In this document: positions 43,700 through 57,100 of the stretch, piece after piece | How positions within the stretch are numbered: the first letter of the stretch is position 1 | Layout: each line of letters starts with the position of its first letter | NCBI GenBank assembly: GCA_037379345.1 | Contig: CM074519.1 | Location: forward strand, 30,282,103-30,346,102 | From: Perna viridis | Lineage: Eukaryota | Reading direction: 5' to 3' | Length of the DNA stretch: 64,000 bases | Notes under the pieces: model-generated | What the model was told of the DNA's origin: nothing | The model's input: the letters and a program-made list of their open reading frames with translations, nothing else | Database searches by the model: none | Position numbers and translations under genes: made by a program

Positions 43700-44624
43700 G
43701 TTCTTGGTAGAGATTCCTCATACTTTGTAAGAAATAATTCCAAATCATCTTCCAAATATACATAAGAAGATGTTTAATCGACAACATGTATGTCCAGTAT
43801 GGTGGACGCATTGTCTAACAAATGGTCGGCATTCCAATGGGAAAAAATTGTGTTCCTCTACTTGCTGACCTATTCCTTCACTTTTATGAGGCTGACTTTA
43901 TACCTGATCTGATCCGAAAAAAGAATATCGTTTAGCTAGATCCTTTGATCTCAGTTTCCACTTTATAGATGACGCATTATCTTTAAACAATCCCAATTTT
44001 GGGGATTTTATATACCTCATCTACCCCAAAGAATTGAGATAAAGGATTCTACTGACACTATGAAGTCAGCCTCATATCTTGACCTACACATAGAAATCGA
44101 TAGTAAAGGAAAATTATTGACCAAACTTTACGACAAACGTGATTTTGTTTCATTCAAAATTGTCAACTTTTCTTTCATCTGTGGCAACATACCTTCAGCA
44201 ACTTCGTATGGAGTGTTCATATCACAACTCATACGTTATGCCAGAGCTTCCTGAGACTACGCATACTTTTTGTATCGCAAACTCGTGGATCGTTACGGTG
44301 TATCCATCTCCGCCATGAAAACTGATTTGTTCAACGTGTCATAGTTCTCCTTTCCTTTTTCGTCTACCCCGGACTTGACTTTTTATGGGCAACTCGGCGG
44401 GTGTTTCTAGAGAAGCAAAGGACGCTTACCCTACCGGTGCACCTGGTCCATGCTCCAAGTTTTTAGTGGATTCCGAGTGGCTCATTTGCTTTTGTTACTT
44501 TGTATGTATGATTTTAGTTACTTTATGTTCTTTGTTATGTATGTCTGTTTTCCATGTCTGGTCTTTGTACCTGGATTACATTCTTTTGATTACCGCTATA
44601 ACCTTGGTTTTCTTGATTACTCTT
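43700..44624 (+). mobile_element. Penelope-like (probably Naiad-type) element: degraded RT plus 3' UTR
   Basis: GIPMGKNC.PLLADLFL, IDD, SASYLDL, YGVFISQLIRYAR; the frame ends after the thumb with no C-terminal GIY-YIG, consistent with the Naiad/Chlamys domain order (inference). Confidence 0.85.
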
Positions 44625-45299
44625 TTAAAATACAAAATGGTTTTTCAGGATCTCATTATTTTGGACTTAAATGCTAAACTATTTGACTGTCCTTGCACAA
44701 AAGCTCTCCATTTGAATATGATTCTCTGTTTATCTTATCACAAGTAATTAAGACATTTAACAGAACGAAAATGATTCATTGCTAAAGATTCCAAATACCG
44801 TGAACCACGTTCATAAATTTAAATTATGATTTTTGTATGGATGGCGTGGTAGACTATGTCAAAGTGGGTGTAAGCTGTGAGGTTTTTAATGTTGAAGCCT
44901 TTGAGAGTTAAAAATGGTCCAATGAGTGTCAATGCTTCATAATTTTGCAAGGATCCAGATGTAGCCAAATCATTATCTAATATGCATGACGTGTGTAGTG
45001 TTGTAGCAGCACGCAAAACCCAAAATAACATTGTTTTTGTTTGCAAAACATATTTTATCAAATGTCTATTGTTTACTTAAGATGTACAAAAATAATTGTA
45101 GGGATCAGACCCATACTGTTTACACACTCCCCAAAGAAGACTTGGCCACCATAAATCTGTAATATATTCTTTTGTTCTCTTTTCTAAAGTGGACGATTGT
45201 AACCTTCTGTCTGTTTATTTGGTCCAAAATCTCATCAAGAAACCGTACAAACAACACTTCAAAGCCTAATCTACAAAATGTAATATATAGCTTTTTTCG

Positions 45300-46350
45300 A
45301 ATCGAAACTATTGACTTATATAGTCCAAATGTCAAAGAGGGTCTACAATCTTACAGCAATTCCCTTAATGGTATCAATTCAGTGTGGATCTTCTAACCCC
45401 CCAAAGTTAGTTTTTTTACGAATCATGATAGCATCAAGACCTATGATTTTCCAACATGTCCAATTCTTCATAAAATGATTTCCCATACTCAGTTGAAATC
45501 ACGACTCGAAACATTATATATCGTTGTAACTAAAATACAGTTACGTATGACTTGGTAGAGATTCTCTATACTTTGTCAAAAACGATTCAAAATCTTCTTC
45601 TTTATGAACCCTCTTATCGACAACATATTTGTCCAGTATGGTGGATGTGTTTTTCAACAGATGCTCGACTCTCGTGCAGGTCCGGGTGTTAAAAGAGTAG
45701 GCCTGCAGCAGCGCTAAGTTTGTCGTAAAAGGCGACTAAATAGTGCTCAGAACCCTAGCCGGGGGCTAGGGCGCTCTGCCCACAGAGCAACTGAGATGTG
45801 TGCCCCAGGAGGTGGAATGGGGTACCCCTGGCGTGTTACATGCTGGGGATGTCCGGCTATAATACGGAAAATCTGCCCGCAAACCATCGTGGTGCACCGT
45901 GTTGGGAAAGATGCCACGTTCCGCGCACGTTAAAGAACCCTACTGTGGTATTCACCCGGAGTAGGAACCATAGGGCTCCGCCACAGGAGGCTAAATTGCC
46001 CGACCCTACCCACCTCCATTTTCCCATTTCCAGTGGCAATTAGAATTTGTCGACCCCATTGTCCTTATGTCCCATCCCTTTTTCATTTCATCATCATTTC
46101 ATGTTCATTTTATCATACACTTCATGTTCATCGTCTGAATATAGCTGAAATATTGCTGCTCGGACGTTAAACCCCAACAAACAAACAAACATCAGATGAT
46201 CGGCATTTCAGTGGGAACAAATGGGCTCCGCTTCTCGCTGATCTAATCTATTCTCTCATCAATCAATGAGGTTGACTTTATAGCTGTTTTGATCCAAAGA
46301 AGGAACATCTTTTAGCCAGATCCGTTGAACTCAGTTTTCGCTATATAAAG
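45300..46350 (+). mobile_element. Older Penelope-like RT fragment, split by a SINE-like insertion
   Basis: GLQSY..NGINSVWI, SIKTYDF, IPHTQLKSRL and VFQQ|GI..GTN motifs flank the insertion. Confidence 0.7.
45668..46192 (+). mobile_element. SINE-like non-autonomous retroelement with structured 5' region, Deu/Nin-like core and (CAAA)n tail
   Basis: TSD CAGATGCTCG (45658-45667) / CAGATGATCG (46193-46202); GCACGTTAAAGAACCC core; second copy at 61411-61905. Confidence 0.85.
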
Positions 46351-48215
46351 ACATACACCTGTAATTAAAGAGATTTGCATCGAAATGAAATCCTTCATTA
46401 GCACGCGGTGGTAAACGAGATTTCGTATGAACTTAATCGACAATAACAACTTGACTTTCATGATCATGGCTAAAATGTATTGCAAATATTGAAATGAAAC
46501 CTTTCACTTTGCCAATTTACAATATCTTAGACTCATGTTCATGCCATTTGTTTTCTTTTTGCCAAAACAAAACAAAACAGAAGTATTGAAAACAAGCTAC
46601 CTGCCCCTCTATTTTTACGAAAATGAAAATAATTTAAGATTAAATTCATAATTTTGACAAAAACCTATCAACTTTTTTTTGTTGTCATAGATCATGGAAT
46701 AAAATCTTCGGTTCTCCATTTTCATGTCTACTGAGTGTCTGCTACAATTTATTTCAGACCATTTCATCAAAGTAATTTAATAAATAACTGAAAAGGTCGG
46801 GGAATCCTGTTTTCCACCACATGATAATTCTATCGATAAATATGTTATTTAGTTTCTTATTCCTTTTATTGTATCTTTGATAGAGATAATATTTTTATAG
46901 TTAATAATCTTAGTTTCCGAGATCTGATATATGGCATCTATCCAAAAAAAAACTTGAAAAAATGGACATCACATATACCATGAAGTCCTTCCTTATGGAG
47001 TTTAAATGTCAGAGGTTGCCTAAACTACTCGGACTTTCTGTACCGTTCTACACTTATTATAACAAGACTTAAGGAACAGTATTATGCTGTTACAAGATAA
47101 AGTCAAAGTTACAAAAGTTTTATGATCGTCTTCATGAACATGTGAACCGATATGGTGTATCCAGCTTCACAATAAGAACCGATTTGTCCATAATGTCATA
47201 GTGTCTTTCTTTCTTCTGTCGTCTTTTACGGACTTGACATGTAATGAACATCTCGCTCGGCTAGTGTTCCTGAAAAGCAAAAGACGCTTACTCTACCGGT
47301 CCACACAGTCGATTATCCTAGTTTTTTTTAAAAAAAGCCCGAGTTGATCATTTACTCTTGTTTCTTTGTAGGTGTGTGTTTTGGTAATTTCATGCTCTTT
47401 GTTGTATGTTTTTATTTTCTCTGTATAGTCTTTATCCTTTGAATATATTCTTTTGATTTTTGCTCGAATCTCGGTTCTTTTTATTATTCTTTCATGCAAG
47501 GTAAAAAAAAAAACAAATTTGAATTATAACTGTCAAAACAGTACAACCTAGATTCAAGCTTTCTTAGTCACGAACTTCATCGTTTGTGGCTAATTTGATA
47601 CAAGAATCTAGTTTCAAATGAAGTATATATATAGAGTAGATTATTCCCAAAATAAATTCTTACAAATAAAAATGGGGAGGTTTAATTGTTCGTGGGGTAT
47701 CAAATTTCGTGTTTTTTGTGAATTTTGGAAACAACGAAATTTGTAGGCATTAAATATACAACTTCACTTCTATGTTGACAAAAAGGTCAGTGTTTATCAA
47801 TGACAACAGAACTGCACGTAACTAAAAATTGTGAATTCAAAGTAAGAAAAGAATGTTTGGGATTTTTTTCTTTTTGAATATAACGACAATAAGTATGGTA
47901 AGTACATCAACGAGAGAACCAATTCCACCTTTTGATCTTCAATTAACGAATGAAATCCTCACACCACAGAGCAGACTGCACCTGGTGTCAAAACGTCATT
48001 ATTTACAAGTACAGCGAAGGATTTGCTATACACTCAAGTAACATCAGAATAAACTAAAGGTGAATACGAAATGATAATACAGTGGCTAGAAATTCCCGAC
48101 TGGAGACAGGCGCAAAAAAATGCGGCGGGGTTAAAGTACTGTAGTGTGATTATAACACTCCCTCTGTACAATCTGACCACTGTGGAAAAATATTACACAA
48201 TTACAGTACCTGCAT

Positions 48216-50430
48216 AACTTCCCATTTTATGGGGTATGGGGCGATGGGGCGATGGGGCGTGTGGAATGGGGAATGAGGGAATTGGTCAATCAAAAAAAAA
48301 ATGTGCTGACTTTCTCCGCAAGCAACTTACTTATCATAATTAATTTCAGTAATTTAAGGTGTTTGTTTAAAAAAAAGAAAAGCTTGTTTTATAGTAATTT
48401 TTAATGATTACAGATGTGACAGTTCATATTCATTGACATTTTTTAAATAATTACCGGAAGTACATTTAATTTCTGGTCATTATAGATTGAAAATATTAGC
48501 GCTCATACGATGTCTAAACAAAAGAAAAATAAAGAGTTAATTCCTTTTCAATTGGCAGAAATATGTTATTTATCACAACCTACAAAAGGATAATAATATT
48601 GCCAATTGTGGTATTTAAAAAAAATAAAGTTGGACCATTATTGAATTTAAAATTGATCATACCCTTTTAATCTGCAGAAATATGTCATTTTTTGAGAAAT
48701 TGAACTGAAATTAATGTGTCACAGTCACACATATAATGCTTATGTTGACAATTTTAACATTTAAACACTAATATAAGACCATAAAGGTGATTTCAAGTGT
48801 TCCCACTCATTCAATTTGTAAAATAAAATATATTGTTTTCAAGATTTTGATCTGAAATATATGTATAACAGTCATCAACATAAAACTGATATATTTTTAA
48901 CATTTTTAAAAATAATTTTAGACTAATAGGTACATTAAAAGTGTTCGAACACATACACATTGCAGATATATCTCATTTGAAGATTTGTGACTGAAATATG
49001 TGTGTTGCATCCACCAACCGGCTACTAATATTGCTATATTCAATATTTTAAACAACGATTTTGGACAATTATTGAAATTAGAATTGTTTGCACCATTACA
49101 ATCTGCAGAAATATGTCATTTTTTTGAGACATTGGACTGAAATTAATGTGTCACAGTCACACATATAATGCTTATGTTGACAATTTTTACATTTTAAACA
49201 ATAATATAAGACCATAAAGGAAATTTCAAGTGTCCACACTTATTTAATTTTAAACAAATATCTCATTTTCAAGAATTTGAATATATGTAATACAAATATC
49301 AACATAATACCCATATTGACAATTTTAACATTTTTGGAAAAGTCAAGAATCATTTTGGGAATTAAATTCATTCACAATTTATATAATATTTTTTTAAAAA
49401 TAATCATCATAAGTCAGCCTCATATCTTGAACTACACTTATAAATCGATGGTAAAGGTAAACTATTGACCAAACTTTACGACAAACTTGATGACTTTTCA
49501 TTCAAAATTATCAACTTTCCATTCAGCTGCGGCAGCATTTCTTAAGCACCTGCGTATGAAGTGTTCATATCACTACTCATACGTTATGCCAGAGCTTCCT
49601 GAGACTACGCAATCTTTTTGTATCGCACTAGAATTCTAACAAATAGGCTTCTGGAGCAGGGTTTTGTTGCAACAAGATTGAAGTCATCACTACAAAAAAA
49701 TTATGGTCGTCGTCATGAACTTGTGGATCGTTACGGTGTAACCACCTGCGCCATGAAAACTGATTTGTTCAACGTGTCATATTATTCCTTTCCTCTTTCG
49801 TCTACCCCGTACTTGACTTTTCATGAGCAGCTCGACGGGTGTATCTAGAAAAGCAGAGGACGCTTACCCTACCGGTGCACCTGGTCTATGCTCCCAGTTT
49901 TTAGTGGAGTCCGAGTTGCTCATTTGCTTTTGTTACTTTGTATGTATGATTTTAGTAACTTTACGTTCTTTGTTGTGTTTTTCTGTTTTCCATGTCTGGT
50001 CTTTGTCCCTAGATTACATTCTTTTGATTACCGCTATAACCTTGGTTCCCTCGATTACTCTTTAAGAATATTTTGCATGATTATTTCTCATACAGTTCTG
50101 AGTGGCGATAATACACGTTAGCAATGCAAAAATCGCGTGATTTCGGTACTTCCTGAACTCGGCTGCGAGATTCTGAAATCAATATTGATTGCACAAAACT
50201 TATTGCATCCTAACGCATTATATGCGTTTGATAAAATATTAACTTAACTTTTTCTTTTGATTTCGTAATGGGAAATAGGCATTGGACAACATGAAATAAG
50301 TCAATGCAATGGGAGATTGAGCAATGGAGGAAAAGGGCTACGAGCAATGGGGTATGGGGCAATTGGGGATTAGGCTATTGGGAATGGGGGATGGGGGATG
50401 GGGGATGGGGAAATTGGGCAAGTGAGAAGT
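48216..50430. mobile_element. Element with short TIR and G-rich (ATGGGGN)n at both ends, carrying a nested Penelope-like copy
   Basis: AACTTCCCA...TGAGAAGTT ends; internal duplication ~48672-48850 vs ~49101-49280. Confidence 0.55.
49413..50062 (+). mobile_element. Penelope-like family 1, 5'-truncated copy
   Basis: SASYL..KLYDK..RLLEQGFVATRLKSSLQK..MKTDLFNVS followed by the 3' UTR. Confidence 0.88.
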
Positions 50431-51569
50431 TTATCCCATACAGGGACTGTAAATACACGTACAAGTCCCTCGTTACAACGGAAATAATACAAATGAATAT
50501 AAATAACACAGATGTAAAAACTAAGGACTACTAGCAATTAACTGAAATACCAACTCAAGGTAAGTTTTAAAGCTACAAAAAAGTTATGTCCCTATGGTAT
50601 GTAAAATCATTCCCAATTCTTCCATGTGGGGTTTTGAATTATAAAGGAATCAATGTTAATACCAAAATATGCTATTCTTAACGACTTGACAACAATATCG
50701 TTACTACACTTAACTATCGTAACTATGCCCTTTACGACAGTTTAGTTAAATAATTAGGTGAATATCGACCCTTCGGTGCTTTGTAAAGAACATAGTGTAT
50801 ATCAAAGGGTGAGCTACCCGCACGTATAAATCTTTTACACGTCTAACTGTATTTTTTTATTGAGTTCATTGAATTGTATCGGTTGAAAAACAAATGTAAA
50901 CATTTTTAAGAGCTATTTATATCAAAAACATTGATGTAGTTATTCCTCGGTTATGTTATAACAAAAATGTCAAGGTCAGAAAGAGCCTCTTAGAAAGATT
51001 CAGCCAACAAGAGACAAATTACAATTTCAATAATTTTAATTAAACTAAATAAGTAATGTGTTACAATTTACAGTAGTTATAGTTACAAAAGTTAATTATC
51101 AATACACAGATTGGAAGGTTTGCTAATCCGTCCATTTTTTTTATGTCCACTTTTTAATTATGTTATATAGCAGGGAGCCAAAAGTTAATTTAAATAATAT
51201 TAGCCCTGCATAGAATAATTTCAATCACTTAATCCAATCTGCAAAGGTGTTCTCAGAAGTTCAGTTTTAAAGAGTGAATGTACTCACAAAACAGCATTCA
51301 GTCATTTATCAGTCCATTAGATTAGTTTCCTTTTCAGATGTCCAGTATTTATGTAAAATATCATAAAAATCTAGAAATACTAAGAAAGTTCTAGAACAAT
51401 TTAGAAAACGATAAATCATTAATGAGTCAAATAAAATAAATAATACAAATTCAAAACATTCTATTAGTAAAATAACATGTTTACAAATATGCCCATTTCT
51501 ACATTTAGTGTTTATAAGATCAAACAGATAAGGCCAAACAATCTTAAAATTATTGCAAATATACATCAT

Positions 51570-52190
51570 CCTTACAGTTATATAAATATTATATCAATTA
51601 AAATCCCAGTGTTACAAATACGAGCAAATCGAATCAATTGTGATATGTAAACACCATTTGATGGTGACAAGAGGACGTCACTATCTAAAACAGGATTGTT
51701 GAGAATAGGGTATGAAATATTATTCCTTTTATCGTTATTTTTAGTATTAGGTTTACCATTATCGATATCAATACTGAGATCAAGAATTGGACATTCTGAA
51801 TTATCAATATGAACTTTATTCAAAGACAGTTCTACAGGATACATATTTTTTTTTATTTAATATTGAATCATTGTTGTTTAGAGCCAAAGCATCGTCTAAA
51901 TATCTAAAGGTGATATCAAATGTCGTTTGGCAGGATTTATTTATTCTAGCCATAAATTATGATTCGTAACAGTACAGAAAGAGGTGCACAAGGCTCTTCA
52001 TGTGAATTACAATAACTGCACAATTAATGGTTTCCCCAAAGCGTACACAAATATTGTATATTAGGAATTTGAGTGCTGTAAGCATATCAAAAGAAGCGCA
52101 ATTAACGTAGTTTTTATGCTTTCTCGTAACTAAAATATATTCTAAAAGTTTTTTTTCTCCTGAAACTGAAATAGATAGCCAATCATATGT
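51570..52190 (-). mobile_element. Penelope-like RT fragment, second family
   Basis: YPVELSLNK..CPILDL..GVYISQLIRFARIC and FRYLDD motifs. Confidence 0.8.
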
Positions 52191-52191
52191 C

Positions 52192-52640
52192 AGATTTGTT
52201 GCACACACCCCTCAATTCGAACTCGAGTATTCACGTATATACAATTCCGAATAATCTTGTGTTACAATCACACCTGGCTGAAGAAACAACAATCGAAAAG
52301 TGTCAATAAAAGGGAATAATGGTGTTAGGACAAGGGACTTCTACTATTCAAAATGTGCATATCAACAATGTTTTCACTGGACTTTTTATGAATGAATAGC
52401 GAGGTAATTTGCTGATTTTCAACAGCATTGTTACCAATAGTAAATGGGGTGTTTATACTGAATTAAGAAATTATGGAGGAACTCTGCACATACGCGTAGC
52501 AAATTTACAAATTGTACTAACGGCATTGACTTCAGAACAAACTACAGGAGTATTAGTTACTCTGATATTAGTGAAAATGTCTTTTCAAATATAAAAGATG
52601 AAGCATTACTCATTGAGTTCCCTTCATCTAATTCTTATAA
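52192..52640 (+). pseudogene. Degraded paralogous copy of exon 15 (beta-helix module 4), opposite orientation
   Basis: Translates to FVAHTPQFELEYSRIYNSE*SCVTITP...NVHINNVFTGLFMNE*RGNLLIFNSIVTNSKWGVYTELRNYGGTLHIR/FTNCTNGIDFRT, aligning with exon 15 FVAYTSQFEIKRSRI...NVHINSVSTG...GVYTESGYYGGTLQVRR..FANCSNGVDFRT; contains stops and frameshifts. Confidence 0.85.
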
Positions 52641-54142
52641 CAAACTTTACTTAGCCAACTATGCCAACTGATCATCTGAAACTAATTTTTCAATCGGTTA
52701 GTGATATAAACTGTTTGAATAAACTGTTAGAATGCATTTTATAGCAGTATATATTGTATTTACCAAATATTCCAGTGACTCATTATTACATAAAAATAAT
52801 TTGTTACATCTATAATACTTTTTTTCTAAACATACCTGTTTCAAGTTAATAAATGCAAACGTTGATACTTGCATTCGTGTTAAGTTCGACCACCCAAGCT
52901 TGTCATATCATAAAGAAATATATTTGAGCTACAGATGAATGCGTTGTGCGTTTAGTTTACATTGTCTACAATCTTAAAAAAAAACAGATAGGTTTACATT
53001 CTCAAAAAATGACACGAGTTCTTTTTGAATTTGCTCATTATATAGTAAGGCTATTACTTTTGGAAGATTCTTCAAGAATAAAGAAGGTACACCTAGGGTA
53101 AGGGAAATAACTCTTTAAATCAGTGGTATGTTTGTATCATATTCAATTTCACCAAAGACTTTCAAGTTTTCCTTTGAGATAGAATGAAATCATCCGAGTT
53201 GCTTTGTATACATGATTTTAGTTACTTTTTGTTCTTTGTTGCGTTTGTCTGTTTTCCGTGTCTGGTCTTGGTCCCTGGATTAAATTCTTTTGATTACCGC
53301 TATAACCTTAGTTCCCTTGATTATTCTTACATAAGATCGATGTAAAATGGTGAATACCAGCGATTCAATGATTTGTAACAGTTGTGTACCTTACTCTAGG
53401 TCTACCTCCTTAAGTGAATACATTTTGTTACACTTTGTTTTACTTTACATTTTATGTAAGAATCCTGTAAGAAATGAAGGATAAGAAACCGATCAGCCAG
53501 AGGTTGCGGAAGAATGTATCTTAATTATAATTATAACTAAACAATAAGTATATTAAAGGTCTTTGAGAAGTAGGCATGTTATAATGGTTTGTATTTATGG
53601 GAATTTAACTCAAGATTTTGAGCTTGAATCATACTTCACCGCTTAAGGGCTCTATGCGAATGCTAAAATAACAATTTCGTAGCAAAAAAACTTGTTCAAT
53701 GATTTTTTAAGACCTAATTAATTTACTTCAAGAAGTCTAGTTTTGACAATGCATCATTACATAATATAGTTCATGTTCATTTTTGCATTTTTGTTCACTT
53801 AAAGTTCGGATAAAGTAAGCTCGATTTGTCATTTTGTCTCAAATGTTGGTTCCATACTTGGTTCCATACTGCATCTCAATGTGAAAAGTTGATTTATTAA
53901 AAAAAATAGTGCTGCGGACAGGTATCAAACATGACTTTAGTTTTCGAGGTTAATGGGCCTAGAGGGTATACGGCAATATCATATGGCAATGGAAAGTTAA
54001 ATCAGTGTGGTTTTTGAATATCGTACTTATCACAGTGAAAACAGTAAAGTTTTCTGTTATTTTGCATTAATTAAAGAACGGATCAAAGATCAATATACCC
54101 ATTACACTTTGATAAGTAATTTAAATGAAATAGTTTATCGTA

Positions 54143-57100
54143 GGTATTGGGAAACAAGTAACATGTAAAGATCACATATATAGAATTTCAAAAATGTAAA
54201 AACAAAAGTTGACTATTTAATCACAGAACTAAATTGCCTCTAACAATTATTGCATTTTAGTGCATTTTCATATGTTAAGAGATAACGAGGCATCGTATAA
54301 TATAACAATGTATATTTAAACATTCTGTACTGAATAACAAATAAAGTAAACACAACGTTCTCGATTCGATCTGCAACATGGACTTAGCAAAATGAGTTTA
54401 AAGTTGCAAATTTTCAAAAATTTAAACTACTTATTATATAAAATTTTTAAATTCCCATAGAACTGTTTCAGGAAAGTATGAATATTACCCAAAGTAACTT
54501 ATTTTTTTTACATGATAATGAAAAATATTTAAGTGCTATTTAAGCAGACAGATAAAAGTTAAACAATTTTTTTTTCTCTTATTCAATAACTAAGCGAGCA
54601 ATAATGTTTATTTTGTGGAAGTTGGAAAGAAGAGCAGGATATCCATACCAAAGACAAATAACACCCAAAAAAAATAGTCACAAGAATAACATATACACAT
54701 TTAACGAGCAAATGAGCAGCCCGGGCTTGATAAATAAAAAACAGGAGTTCGGACCAGGTTCATTTGTGGGATATTAATTTTAACGCATTTGCTCTGTTTT
54801 TCTTCAAGCGCCCGTAGATCTATTCTTATATAAATGATGTCCGGATGTAACTGAAGAAGGAAAACTCCGACATTGCTTAAAAGTCATCTGATATGTGACT
54901 ATGAAAAAAAGAACGTTAAAAAGATTTTTTGTAAGCGGATTATTTCAAATAAAATCGGCCTTTACTATCATGTAGACCGATCAAAGGCTTGCTTGTTATG
55001 AGTTGCTTAATTCAGATTCCTTGCTTTTACAACCTCTTCACTTAGCAAGGGTTACGTCATGCACTTCCCATTGCGTGAAGGGATTGGACAAGACCGTAAC
55101 TCTTGGTTAGCGAAGCTGCATTTACATTTGTGATAAATCCCAGATTTGTTCCTCTTTTAGTGAAAGATGATAATCTTATTTTCGATGAACTCGAAAAATC
55201 GAACATGTTCAACGAATATTTTACTTCACAGTCTGCATTAGACGATACTAATACCACTTTACCAGAATTACCTCTTAACGGACCACCAAAGCTTGACAAC
55301 ATCATAATAACCGAACGCAACGTTAATGATGTACTATCTATATTAAATGCATCAAAAGCTTCCGGACCAGACTTGATAAATACGAGTCTGTTAAAGGAAG
55401 TGGCTCGCGAACTTACTTACACTTTAAGCAAACTATTTAACCTATCTTTGACATTAGGAACTTTTCCATCTTCTTGGAAAAGAGCAAACGTGACTCCAGT
55501 CTTTAAGCAAGGAGCAACGAGTGATGTAAAGAAATAGACCTATTTCTTTATTATGTGTCATGTCAAAATGCATGGAACGTTGTGTTTGTAAATATATGCA
55601 CAACTTTTTGTTAGACAATGCTGTCATTACATCGTATCAGTCTAGCTTCACTCGTGGCGACTCGGCGGTTGACCAATTGGTAAATATCTCAAATGAAATT
55701 GGGAGAGCACTTGATTGCGGAAAGGAGTTCAGGGTTGTTTTTGTGATATCAGTAAAGCTTTAAATCATGTTTGGCACAAAGGACTTATTTTCAAAATTCA
55801 AAAATATGGCTTCTCGGGGGACGTTTTAAAATGGACAGAGAATTACTTGTCTGACAGATGCCAATGTGTTGTATTAAACGGATCTAATTCAGACTGAGTA
55901 GATATAAATGCAGGTGTTCCGCAAGGTTTATTTTAGGACCCTTGCTCTTTATTTTATTTATAAATGACATCGTCGAGGAAATTCAAGCCGAAGTGAGGCT
56001 TTTTGCGGATAACACTAATATTTTGTTTTATTATTGATAATCCAGTATTGTCGAAGGAAAAGCTAAACCCTGATCTAGATGCTGTCCATAATTGGGCCCA
56101 AAACTGGTTAGTAACGTTCAATCCCCCCCAAAAAAACGAGGCTATGACGATTTCGCGTGAAGTAATCAAACATATCTATCCAGTACTCCAGATGAAAACT
56201 GCACCTACACAAGAAGTTCTCAATCATAAACATCTCGGCATCACTATATCAAATAACGGGGCGTGGCATGAACGCATACACTTGATCGTCGAAAAGGCAT
56301 ATCGCCGTTTAAACATCCTTAGAAAATACGATTGGTTGGGAACGCTTAGCCACTAGACATGAAGGGCATAAGTTAGTTCTATTCCATAAAATGGTTAATG
56401 GTATCGTACCGTTATATTTACAAAATATGGTTCCTAATCTTGTCGGCAACCGTCACAATCATAATACTCGTCAGGCTCATCTCATATCCGAACCTCGAGT
56501 AAGAACTCAGTTCTTCGCTGATTATGTTTTACCTTCTACTACCAAATCGTGGAATAATTTTCCTTCTGATATCATTCGTAACATCGAGTCTCCTTATGTT
56601 TTTTAAAAAAAAACATGTAATTAAGAACACGAAGAAACGTGAACACCTATTCGTTCGCAACATGGTCGATTCACCTAATTGCGCATGCAAAAATATTGAA
56701 TCCACTTCCCATTACTCATTCAGATGCAACCGTTATGCTCAGCTGAGACTCGACACGTTTTCGTCTCTTCCCTTCCGACGAACACACTCTACTATTCGGC
56801 TCTGTTGATCTTTCAGATGACCAAAACAAACTATTATCCTTACAAGTCCACGAGTATCTCATAGACAGCAAACGGTTCACTTGATATGCACTTCAACCTC
56901 ACACATTGTATAAAAATATTTAATATTATTTATATAATTAATATTGAATTCAATTTCTTTATTAACTTTTTTTTCTCCCTATTTTTTCTTTTACTACAAT
57001 TTTTGTTCATTTCATATTGTTAAATGTTGTCCTCTGTATTCCATAAAACCTCAACACTATCAATTAGCTTCTATCAATTCATCGTTTTAGTAATTTTGTA

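Noticed and set aside
44252-44254. In-frame TGA as selenocysteine (reported for some Naiad elements)
   Set aside because: The homologous codon in the 8.86-kb copy is CGA (Arg), not Cys, so CpG decay explains it; no convincing SECIS was seen.
45798-46043. Small ORFs in the SINE-like element (also 61306-61882)
   Set aside because: Frames and lengths differ between the two copies; GC-rich structured sequence simply has few stops.
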